The notes below the pieces were generated by a model that worked only from the letters and a program-made list of their open reading frames with translations, was not told where the DNA came from and made no database searches. Below are positions 1 to 7,880 of a stretch of DNA of 27,463 nucleotides, in pieces. Origin of the DNA: a virus (lineage: Duplodnaviria; Heunggongvirae; Uroviricota; Caudoviricetes); the IMG/VR virus record IMGVR_UViG_2545824714_000008. One strand, 5' to 3'. Every line of letters begins with the position of its first letter. Within the stretch, counting starts at the first letter, position 1. Both the position numbers and the translations under genes were made by a program.

Positions 1-352
1 AGTTTTTTAAGTGACGTAAAACCGTGTTGAGGCCAACGCCCATAATGCGGGCAGTTGCCCGGCATCCAACGCCATTCATGGCCATATCAATGATTTTCTG
101 GTGCGTACCGGGTTGAGAAGCGGTGTAAGTGAACTGCAGTTGCCATGTTTTACGGCAGTGAGAGCAGAGATAGCGCTGATGTCCGGCAGTGCTTTTGCCG
201 TTACGCACTAGCGCTGATGTCCGGCAGTGCTTTTGCCGTTACGCACCACCCCGTCAGTAGCTGAACAGGAGGGACAGCTGATAGAAACAGAAGCCACTGG
301 AGCACCTCAAAAACACCATCATACACTAAATCAGTAAGTTGGCAGCATCACC
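1..352 (-). mobile_element. IS1 insertion sequence, partial (about the first 350 bp including terminal inverted repeat and insA; continues beyond window start)
   Basis: Reverse complement of 247..352 reads GGTGATGCTGCCAACTTACTGATTTAGTGTATGATGGTG...GTGGCTTCTGTTTCTATCAGC, matching the IS1 end and insA start as I recall them. Reverse complement of 1..60 matches the insA 3' region with a few substitutions. Confidence 0.85.
171..246. repeat. Perfect 38-bp tandem duplication (171..208 = 209..246) inside the IS1 insA reading frame
   Basis: Both copies read tagcgctgatgtccggcagtgcttttgccgttacgcac. The junction creates CGC-TAG in the insA frame on the minus strand. Confidence 0.9.
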
Positions 353-455
353 TAATGACGTCAGATTTGCCGTAAACCTGGATGCCTTATCGCGTAGCGG
401 TGTAAAGGTCAACCCGGATGTCTTAATGCTCGCACGGAAGAAAAATGATGGATAA
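353..455 (+). pseudogene. yfiR: yfiR 3' remnant (periplasmic repressor of DgcN), truncated by the IS1 insertion
   Basis: The frame translates ...[33 protein letters not shown], overlaps the dgcN start in typical operon fashion, and begins abruptly at the IS1 end with an in-frame TAA at 327..329 inside IS1. Confidence 0.75.
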
Positions 456-1671
456 CGATAATTCTCTTAATAAGCGCCCCACGTTTAAAAGAGCATTACG
501 CAACATCAGTATGACCAGCATATTTATCACTATGATGCTGATCTGGTTGCTGCTTTCCGTGACCTCGGTGCTGACCCTGAAACAGTACGCGCAAAAAAAC
601 CTGGCACTGACAGCAGCAACAATGACTTACAGTCTGGAAGCAGCTGTCGTTTTTGCCGATGGCCCTGCAGCAACTGAAACACTGGCAGCGCTGGGCCAGC
701 AAGGGCAATTTTCAACTGCAGAAGTACGTGATAAGCAGCAAAATATTCTGGCATCCTGGCATTACACCCGTAAGGATCCAGGCGATACTTTCAGTAATTT
801 CATAAGCCACTGGCTCTTCCCTGCCCCCATCATTCAGCCGATTCGTCACAATGGTGAAACCATTGGCGAAGTACGCTTAACCGCTCGCGACAGTTCAATC
901 AGCCATTTTATCTGGTTTTCGCTCGCCGTACTGACCGGTTGTATTCTGCTGGCATCAGGCATCGCAATTCCCCTCACCCGCCATTTGCACAATGGCCTGG
1001 TAGAAGCGCTGAAAAATATCACCGATGTCGTACATGATGTGCGTTCCAACCGCAATTTTTCCCGACGAGTTTCGGAAGAACGTATCGCTGAGTTTCACCG
1101 CTTCGCTCTCGACTTCAACAGTCTGCTGGATGAAATGGAAGAGTGGCAGCTTCGTTTACAGGCTAAAAATGCGCAGCTTCTACGTACCGCGCTACATGAC
1201 CCATTAACCGGGCTGGCTAACCGCGCAGCGTTTCGTAGCGGCATCAACACGTTGATGAACAATTCCGATGCCCGAAAAACGTCGGCGTTACTATTTCTTG
1301 ATGGCGATAATTTCAAATACATCAATGATACCTGGGGTCATGCGACGGGCGATAGAGTCTTGATTGAAATCGCAAAACGGTTAGCTGAATTTGGCGGGCT
1401 GCGACATAAAGCATACCGCCTGGGCGGCGATGAATTCGCTATGGTGCTCTATGATGTACAGTCGGAATCTGAAGTGCAGCAGATATGTTCAGCACTGACA
1501 CAAATCTTTAATCTCCCGTTTGATCTTCATAATGGCCATCAGACCACCATGACATTAAGCATTGGTTACGCGATGACCATTGAGCACGCCTCTGCGGAAA
1601 AATTACAAGAGCTTGCCGATCACAATATGTATCAGGCCAAACACCAGCGTGCCGAAAAGCTGGTGAGATAA
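445..1671 (+). CDS. dgcN: Diguanylate cyclase DgcN/YfiN (membrane-anchored, HAMP plus GGDEF domain)
   Basis: 408-aa ORF with N-terminal hydrophobic segments, an RLGGDEF-type motif ([12 protein letters not shown]) and the yfiR-yfiN-yfiB operon context. Confidence 0.93.
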
Positions 1672-1686
1672 CAAGGATATATCGAT

Positions 1687-2169
1687 ATGATAAAGCACCT
1701 GGTAGCACCCCTGGTTTTCACCTCACTAATACTGACTGGCTGCCAGTCCCCTCAGGGAAAGTTTACTCCTGAGCAAGTCGCCGCTATGCAATCTTATGGA
1801 TTTACTGAATCCGCCGGCGACTGGTCGCTGGGCTTATCAGATGCCATTCTGTTCGCAAAAAATGACTACAAATTGCTCCCGGAAAGCCAGCAACAGATCC
1901 AAACCATGGCAGCTAAATTGGCCTCGACAGGGCTAACACATGCCCGTATGGATGGACACACCGATAACTATGGTGAAGACAGTTACAACGAAGGCTTATC
2001 ATTGAAACGGGCGAATGTCGTGGCCGATGCATGGGCTATGGGTGGACAAATTCCACGCAGCAATCTCACCACACAGGGTTTAGGAAAAAAATATCCCATA
2101 GCCAGTAACAAGACCGCCCAGGGCCGCGCCGAGAACCGCCGCGTCGCAGTGGTGATTACTACCCCTTAA
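1687..2169 (+). CDS. yfiB: OmpA-family outer-membrane lipoprotein YfiB
   Basis: 160-aa ORF with a lipoprotein signal (LILTGC) and an OmpA-like C-terminus (NRRVAVVI), immediately downstream of dgcN. Confidence 0.92.
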   Translation: MIKHLVAPLVFTSLILTGCQSPQGKFTPEQVAAMQSYGFTESAGDWSLGLSDAILFAKNDYKLLPESQQQIQTMAAKLASTGLTHARMDGHTDNYGEDSYNEGLSLKRANVVADAWAMGGQIPRSNLTTQGLGKKYPIASNKTAQGRAENRRVAVVITTP

Positions 2170-2185
2170 AACACCAGCAAACAGA

Positions 2186-2216
2186 TAAAAAAGGGCCAGC
2201 CAATTGGCCAGCCCTT
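2186..2216. terminator. Hairpin after yfiB, possibly a bidirectional intrinsic terminator
   Basis: AAGGGC...GCCCTT stem with an inner GCC/GGC pair around AATT. It is flanked by an A5 run upstream, which gives a U-tract on the minus strand, and a short T-rich stretch downstream. Confidence 0.45.
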
Positions 2217-2486
2217 CTTAACAGGATGTCGCTTAAGCGAAATCTTAGTTAAGACGCTCCCAATAAAACCACATAAAAAACATATAATTATAATAAAAAC
2301 AATTAGTTAATTTAATTTTTAATGCAGTGAATTGCAATATTCTGCAACCTCCGCCGCCACTTTGCCGCCACTTAAAGCTTTATACCACACAGACTTTAGT
2401 ATACCCGAGTGAAACGCTAACACATGAGGTAGTTGGAAAATTTCCGTATATGTTGTAATATTGATACGCATTATATGATTTTTACC

Positions 2487-2495
2487 TGATATAAT
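2487..2495 (+). promoter_or_regulatory. Extended -10 element (TGaTATAAT), candidate promoter for the downstream orphan ORF
   Basis: TG-n-TATAAT at 2487..2495 in AT-rich DNA about 125 bp upstream of the GTG start at 2622. Confidence 0.35.
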
Positions 2496-2621
2496 GTAAT
2501 TATTAGCTTCAAAATTATTTTTGCACGAATCAGGTATTACCAAGTAGTTGTCAGTTTTTAAAAACCCAACATCCTAAAATTAGCATTGTTTTTTAACCAC
2601 AAAACATCCACGGAGAAGAAC

Positions 2622-3431
2622 GTGTCAAAAAAGGATACAATCCAGATTATCGATATCAGGATGCAGAGACCAATCATAGCAAGAATAGAAGAAGAAAATT
2701 TAAATTTGACATTGCAAATGTCAGATAAAGCCACATTATCTGGTGCGACAGTTAGTTTTTTCACCCCAAATAACGTTTCTATATTCTTATCCTCAGCAAA
2801 AAAAGAGCTCTCAAAATCCAATTCTATATATAAAAGTCTTTTTGGAAAAATACACAAAACCAAACATAAAAACTTTAAAATTTCCGACAAAGCCCTGCCG
2901 AGACTCTATAATTACTTTGAATCAATTCAGACGGCCATTATTTCTATGTATACTGCAATTGAGTCTTTTGCAAATATATGCATACCACATGATTATGTTT
3001 ATGAAAAAAACAATGCCAAGGGAATCAAAGAATCCTATAGCAAAGAGCTAATTGAGCGATATATACCAACAAGTGAAAAAATAGATAAAATCCTACCGTC
3101 TATTTTAAATTGTGATTCGCCTAAAGGTTCAAAACTATGGCAAGATTTTAAAAGCCTTGAGTCACTTAGAAATGACATAATTCACCCCAAGACAACAAAG
3201 AAAAACACAGAAACAAAAGAAGACTCATCTTTTTTATGCATTTTACTATCAGATGACTTTATAAAAAAAGTTTCCTGTGGATTTGATTTGGTATCTTATT
3301 TTTGCAAACAAGACACTACTCATAGTCTTTTCCCAATGGGTTTCGGTGAAATTGAACTTAAACCTGTCCCAATTAAAGCCGGTGACTTTGAAAAAGTTGA
3401 TGATCATGATGAAATAGAATTACCATCATAA
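2622..3431 (+). CDS. Hypothetical protein, low-GC orphan (about 269 aa from GTG 2622; the ORF opens at TTG 2586)
   Basis: Long uninterrupted ORF in markedly AT-rich DNA with GGAG 6 nt before GTG 2622. Contains an R-x4-H stretch (LRNDIIHPK). No family recognised. Confidence 0.6.
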   Translation: MSKKDTIQIIDIRMQRPIIARIEEENLNLTLQMSDKATLSGATVSFFTPNNVSIFLSSAKKELSKSNSIYKSLFGKIHKTKHKNFKISDKALPRLYNYFESIQTAIISMYTAIESFANICIPHDYVYEKNNAKGIKESYSKELIERYIPTSEKIDKILPSILNCDSPKGSKLWQDFKSLESLRNDIIHPKTTKKNTETKEDSSFLCILLSDDFIKKVSCGFDLVSYFCKQDTTHSLFPMGFGEIELKPVPIKAGDFEKVDDHDEIELPS

Positions 3432-3479
3432 CAAAAAAACACAAACCATAAAGACGGCCATAGGTGGTCTTTATGGTTT
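3431..3479 (-). terminator. Rho-independent terminator downstream of int (minus-strand sense)
   Basis: Perfect 13-bp inverted repeat AAACCATAAAGAC / GTCTTTATGGTTT (3443..3455 and 3467..3479) with an 11-nt loop, followed on the minus strand by a U-rich run (GTGTTTTTTTGT). Confidence 0.6.
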
Positions 3480-3547
3480 ACAATAGACGCAGCCGTTATT
3501 AAATTTAAATCCAACAGCGTTAAAATAAACTAACAATATACGCATAA

Positions 3548-4588
3548 TTAATCTTTCCATTTAAAACCATTACATAATGTTAAAGGATTAAATGTTACAG
3601 CCTCCTCAAGATGATCCGGGGAGAAATGTGCATACTTCATAGTTTCACGAATATTCGCATGACCGAGTATACGTTGCAGCACAAGAATATTCCCGCCATT
3701 CATCATAAAATGAGCGCCGAAGGTATGACGCAGAACGTGTGTCTTTTGCCCTTCCGTCAGTTCGATATCCGTTAGTTTGAGCATCTTTTTAAACTCCTGA
3801 TAGCAAGGCTTAAACATCTTTCCCTGCCTTTCAGATAATTCGTCATACAACCATTTTGGGATCGGAACGGTTCGATTCTTTTTCCCTTTCGTTTTGGTGA
3901 AGGTCAGTTTATGTGGCGAGAGCTGGGGACGTGTCAACCTCTCAGCCTCACCCCATCTAGCACCTGTTGCAAGACAAATCTTAACAATCATGGTGAGGTC
4001 TTCTTTTCCGTATTGCTCGCATGCCTGAAACAATTTCGGAATTTGAGACAAAGTGAGCCAAGACATTTCTTTCTCGGCTTCCTTGAAAACACGGACTCCA
4101 TCAAGTGGATTTGGTAAGCTCCACTCCCCTAGCCTTTTGAGCTCATTAAATACAGCCTCAAGATATTGTTGCTCACGATTGACAGTTATCGGTTTAGCAA
4201 TCCATTTTGCCGGGTCTTTATGATAGCCATTATCTATCTCCCCCCGAAGTCGGCGGTCACGGTAATGAGCCCAATCTTTAGCAGTAAGGCGGGATGCAAT
4301 AGGGTCACCAAGTCCATTACACACGATTTGAAGTTTAGCTAACCGCGACTTACTGGCGACCAGTGCCTGTCCGTGTAAATTATGCCAAAGCTGGATAATC
4401 TCACTTAAGCGTCGGCGGTCTTCTTTCTTGCCGAGCCACGGCTTATCCTCACTCTCACTTTTCGTAAATGCTTCGAATGCCTCGGCCTCACCTTTGGTAT
4501 TGAATTGCCGACGTATACGCCGCCCTTCTCGACCATTTGGATAGAGCTCGCATAACCATTTGCCATTTTTTTGCTTACTTACAGTCAT
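3548..4588 (-). CDS. int: Phage integrase, tyrosine recombinase (P2 Int family)
   Basis: 346-aa ORF with the C-terminal catalytic region (HVLRHTF ... LGHANIRETMKYAH) at the prophage end, downstream of the repressor. Confidence 0.9.
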   Translation of the reverse strand: MTVSKQKNGKWLCELYPNGREGRRIRRQFNTKGEAEAFEAFTKSESEDKPWLGKKEDRRRLSEIIQLWHNLHGQALVASKSRLAKLQIVCNGLGDPIASRLTAKDWAHYRDRRLRGEIDNGYHKDPAKWIAKPITVNREQQYLEAVFNELKRLGEWSLPNPLDGVRVFKEAEKEMSWLTLSQIPKLFQACEQYGKEDLTMIVKICLATGARWGEAERLTRPQLSPHKLTFTKTKGKKNRTVPIPKWLYDELSERQGKMFKPCYQEFKKMLKLTDIELTEGQKTHVLRHTFGAHFMMNGGNILVLQRILGHANIRETMKYAHFSPDHLEEAVTFNPLTLCNGFKWKD

Positions 4589-4610
4589 AATGTCACCGAG
4601 GCAACTCTAA

Positions 4611-4949
4611 TTATTCCCAAAGTGCTGTTGCAGCATCCATTACAGGATCCAAAGGAATTTTTACGCCTGCATACTCCGGGCTATCTTTCCAAACAGTATC
4701 AATATTGCTCCCCTCAAGCTTTCCAGACTTTACTCCATCAATCGCAAAACCATTTAATGGGTATCGGTCATCTGTTGCTTTGTCGTACACAAAGGCATAT
4801 TTACCGTTGACACAAGACACCGTAGCTTTTTCAAAAGTTAACGGCCAATCCTCACCAAACTTAGCGCCATCTAAATCCTGTGTTTTTTCAGCGGCTGAGG
4901 CTCCAAAAGAAAGGGTAAGAAGCAGAGCTAAAAAGAGTTTACATTTCAT
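4611..4949 (-). CDS. Small secreted protein of unknown function (signal peptide), lying between cI and int
   Basis: Probable start is MKCKLFLALLLTLSFGASAAE (ATG at 4949, AGGGA upstream), giving about 112 aa. The ORF extends to 5021 but that would overlap cI. Confidence 0.65.
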   Translation of the reverse strand: MKCKLFLALLLTLSFGASAAEKTQDLDGAKFGEDWPLTFEKATVSCVNGKYAFVYDKATDDRYPLNGFAIDGVKSGKLEGSNIDTVWKDSPEYAGVKIPLDPVMDAATALWE

Positions 4950-4957
4950 AATGTCCC

Positions 4958-5818
4958 TTACACGTGTTTTTCCAATGTGAAAACTACAGCCCCGGCAGGA
5001 GTAATGTCTGTAATGTTGCATTCAAACTCAGCAGACTTATTTGACAACCTGACTTTTCCACCGGGCAAGCGAATTACATCAAAAACATCAAGAGCGCCGT
5101 CGATATCAATTAACCAGCGACCATTACTTATATTCGAAGCAGAACAGTCGACAAGCCAAGAGGCAGCTACACCGTCAACAAAAATCAATTCCCCTGAGTT
5201 AGAAGGAATCATTGAGGGGTCAGGATGCCACGTTCCTGCATCCTTAAGCTCACCAGATTCAAGACGAGATTTTTTAATAGAAAAACCAGATGTGACATCT
5301 TCCCTGTTAGCTCGCATTTGCCCCTTGCCTGTTGCTAACCATTCCAGTGACGTATCGGTATCAAGAGCGCATGTAACAACAACATCACCAGGGAAAAAAT
5401 CTCGCCTTACCCATGTGCTAATTGTGCCAGAGGAAATGCCGAGCAAATCACCGAGCTCCTTTTGCATGGTAAAGCCATACGCATCAAGAATCCTACGCAA
5501 AACGGTTTTACCACCATTCGTCATAATCTCGTCATAAAGCTCTTTGCCTTTTAACTTGCAACTGGCTCGCTCGTGATTTGCATTTGCAAGTTCTCCATTT
5601 ACAAGCCAATTGATATCAGCTCCCGTGTCAAGACAACACCTAACTATGACATTGCCAGGTATTGCATCACGCTGAACCCAGCCGCTAACGCTGTGTTTAG
5701 CGATACCTAGCAGGTCAGCCAAATCCTTTTGCATCTTGACCCCATAGGCTGACATTAAGCGTTCCAATACGCCGTTCGTTGCACTAACACGCCACTGAAC
5801 ATCAAGCTCAGAACTCAT
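4958..5818 (-). CDS. cI: CI-type prophage repressor with a tandemly duplicated N-terminal DNA-binding domain
   Basis: 286 aa. Two similar ~60-aa segments (LERLMSAYGVKMQKDLADLLGIAKHSVSGWVQRDAIPGNVIVRCCLDTGADINWLVNGE and LRRILDAYGFTMQKELGDLLGISSGTISTWVRRDFFPGDVVVTCALDTDTSLEWLATGK) resemble the 186 CI N-terminal domain. Position is next to int and divergent from the lytic operon. Confidence 0.8.
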   Translation of the reverse strand: MSSELDVQWRVSATNGVLERLMSAYGVKMQKDLADLLGIAKHSVSGWVQRDAIPGNVIVRCCLDTGADINWLVNGELANANHERASCKLKGKELYDEIMTNGGKTVLRRILDAYGFTMQKELGDLLGISSGTISTWVRRDFFPGDVVVTCALDTDTSLEWLATGKGQMRANREDVTSGFSIKKSRLESGELKDAGTWHPDPSMIPSNSGELIFVDGVAASWLVDCSASNISNGRWLIDIDGALDVFDVIRLPGGKVRLSNKSAEFECNITDITPAGAVVFTLEKHV

Positions 5819-5939
5819 AAAAACCCCTACAGATAATTTTATGGGTGTTTACAGAAAACTTTTTACGATCTATAGTGGCATTCATCGACCAAGATGCACA
5901 CCACTGCACTACATTTCAAACAACAGGAGATAATGCGAT
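5819..5939. promoter_or_regulatory. Lysis-lysogeny switch region (repressor and early lytic promoters, operators)
   Basis: 121-bp interval between the cI start and the apl/cox-like start, with repeated TACAGA/TTTACAG motifs. Exact promoters not mapped. Confidence 0.5.
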
Positions 5940-6311
5940 ATGTCAGATGCAAAATCAATCTCGACGCACGACTCGCAAAACTCACAAAATCAAACTGTGC
6001 TGCTAGATCCAACACAGTTTGATGCCATCGTTACCGCCATGCTGCCAGCTCTACAGACAATGATTCGCTCCGCTATGTCAGACACGATGACTGTGAAAGA
6101 CTTCGCCGCTACTAGCGGTGTTAGCGAGCGTCTGGTCTGGCAATGGCTCGATGAGGGAGTCCTTCTCAAAGCTCCGACCAAAGACTTTTCCAACAAAGAA
6201 GAAGCTGCTAAACGAAGCCGAACCCTCGTAAACGTAAAAGCATGGCGCGATAAGCTGACTCAACAAGCGATTGATTGTCGCTACATCGACCAGCGCACCG
6301 CTCTTAACTGA
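5940..6311 (+). CDS. Apl/Cox-like excisionase / early regulator (helix-turn-helix); true start may be an internal Met
   Basis: First gene of the early rightward operon. Carries an HTH-like segment (VKDFAATSGVSERLVWQWLDEGVL). The ORF is 123 aa, or about 90 aa from an internal Met. Confidence 0.6.
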   Translation: MSDAKSISTHDSQNSQNQTVLLDPTQFDAIVTAMLPALQTMIRSAMSDTMTVKDFAATSGVSERLVWQWLDEGVLLKAPTKDFSNKEEAAKRSRTLVNVKAWRDKLTQQAIDCRYIDQRTALN

Positions 6312-6343
6312 ATTTGATTATGCAAGTTAGAGGGAATTTAACC

Positions 6344-6853
6344 ATGTTTGATTTTCAGGTTTCCAAACATCCCCACTATGACGAAGCATGCCGCATTTTC
6401 GCACAGCGTCACAATATGGCGAAGCTGGCCGAGCGTGCAGGTATGAACGTTCAAACGTTACGTAACAAGCTCAACCCGGAACAGCCTCACCAGTTCACGC
6501 CGTCTGAATTGTGGCTGCTGACTGACCTGACCGAAGACTCAACCCTCATTGATGGTTTTTTAGCGCAGATTCACTGCCTACCATGCGTGCCGGTTAATGA
6601 GTTGGCTAAAGACAAATTGCAGTCTTATGTCATGCGCGCAATGCGTGAACTCGGCGAACTGGCGAGCGGCGCGGTATCTGATGAACGTCTGACCATTGCC
6701 CGTAAGCACAACATGATTGAAAGCGTTAACTCCGGCATTCGCATGTTGTCATTGTCGGCTCTGGCTCTGCATGCACGTCTGCAGACTAATCCAGCTATGT
6801 CGAGCGTGGTCGATACCATGAGCGGTATTGGCGCATCGTTTGGTCTGATTTGA
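6344..6853 (+). CDS. cII: CII-like lysogeny-establishment regulator (186 CII family)
   Basis: From ATG 6344 (AGAGGGA 8 nt upstream) the product is 169 aa, the length of 186 CII. It follows the apl-like gene. Confidence 0.75.
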   Translation: MFDFQVSKHPHYDEACRIFAQRHNMAKLAERAGMNVQTLRNKLNPEQPHQFTPSELWLLTDLTEDSTLIDGFLAQIHCLPCVPVNELAKDKLQSYVMRAMRELGELASGAVSDERLTIARKHNMIESVNSGIRMLSLSALALHARLQTNPAMSSVVDTMSGIGASFGLI

Positions 6854-6860
6854 GGTGCGT

Positions 6861-7061
6861 ATGCTGAAAAGTGAACCGTCATTCGCATCTCTGCTCGTTA
6901 AGCAAAGCCCCGGCATGCACTACGGCCACGGCTGGATCGCAGGTAAGGACGGCAAGCGCTGGCACCCGAGCCACTCGCAGGCTGATTTACTGGCTGGCCT
7001 CTCTACTCAAAAGCGGGGGGGCTCATGGCTATCGAAGCTGTTTCCGCGACTGTTCCGCTAA
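6861..7061 (+). CDS. Small early-operon protein (position of 186 fil)
   Basis: 66-aa ORF from ATG 6861 with GAGG upstream. Its 3' end overlaps the next ORF, with a G7 tract at 7015..7021. Confidence 0.5.
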   Translation: MLKSEPSFASLLVKQSPGMHYGHGWIAGKDGKRWHPSHSQADLLAGLSTQKRGGSWLSKLFPRLFR

Positions 7062-7363
7062 AAGCGGGTGAACGTCTGGCCGGTCTCAATCATGTTGCCG
7101 AATTGCGCGCGAGATATTGGGGCGATAGCTGGAAAGAGGTTGAACGTTTTGTCGATGATATGCGCGATAAACGTGACCCACAATTTGAAGAAAATAATCG
7201 GGCGCTGGCCGCTATTTTCTTTCTGGCAAAAATACCGGCGGCTCGTCATGAACTCGAATTAAGTGAGCTGACTACTGACGAGAAAAAGGCGCTTATTACA
7301 GCGATGAATCATTTTCGTGCAGTAGTGAGCTTATTTCCCAAACGGCTAACCATGCCGAATTAA
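7025..7363 (+). CDS. Early-operon protein (position of 186 dhr)
   Basis: 112-aa ORF starting immediately after the G7 tract. Confidence 0.55.
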   Translation: MAIEAVSATVPLKAGERLAGLNHVAELRARYWGDSWKEVERFVDDMRDKRDPQFEENNRALAAIFFLAKIPAARHELELSELTTDEKKALITAMNHFRAVVSLFPKRLTMPN

Positions 7364-7430
7364 TCCAAACAGAAATTTAATGGCGTAAACCCGCCGGGCA
7401 TCTTATTGCCCGAAATCAGGAGAGTTAATT

Positions 7431-7658
7431 ATGCGTAATACCGAAATCCGTAGTTTTAACACTGATAGCGATGCGCTGGCCGTATTGCTGACCGATGCAA
7501 AAAAAGAAGAGCGTAAAGACCGCGCGCTCGCTGTTTCCATCCGCCTTGAGGCGCTGGCTATCCATATTACCAGAGAGGGAATGAGCGGCACCGAAGCTGC
7601 CGAACTGCTGCGCCGTGAAGCAACCCGCTTTGAGAATGAATCACAGGAGCTGCACTAA
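7431..7658 (+). CDS. Small hypothetical phage protein
   Basis: 75-aa ORF with GGAG upstream, directly abutting the next gene. Confidence 0.55.
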   Translation: MRNTEIRSFNTDSDALAVLLTDAKKEERKDRALAVSIRLEALAIHITREGMSGTEAAELLRREATRFENESQELH

Positions 7659-7879
7659 TGGCCGACGCAATGGATTTAGCACAACTGCGCGAGCAGGAAG
7701 ACCGCGAACGCCACATCAGCAACGCACGCACCCGTATCGCTGCACCTTCCCGTTTTCTTTGCGAGGAATGTGACGCACCAATCCCGGAAGCTCGCCGCAT
7801 TGCGATTCCGGGCGTGGCTTTTTGCGTAACCTGCCAGCAAATCGCAGAGCTAAAAAACAAACACTATCGGGGGGTATAA
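7658..7879 (+). CDS. TraR/DksA-type C4 zinc-finger protein
   Basis: 73 aa with CEEC...x17...CVTC spacing, immediately upstream of gene A as in P2/186. Confidence 0.75.
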   Translation: MADAMDLAQLREQEDRERHISNARTRIAAPSRFLCEECDAPIPEARRIAIPGVAFCVTCQQIAELKNKHYRGV

Positions 7880-7880
7880 A

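Noticed and set aside
2558-3051. ORFs 2558..2890 (-) and 2743..3051 (+) inside the AT-rich islet
   Set aside because: They overlap the longer 2622..3431 frame. AT-rich DNA readily gives short spurious ORFs, though this cannot be fully excluded without homology data.
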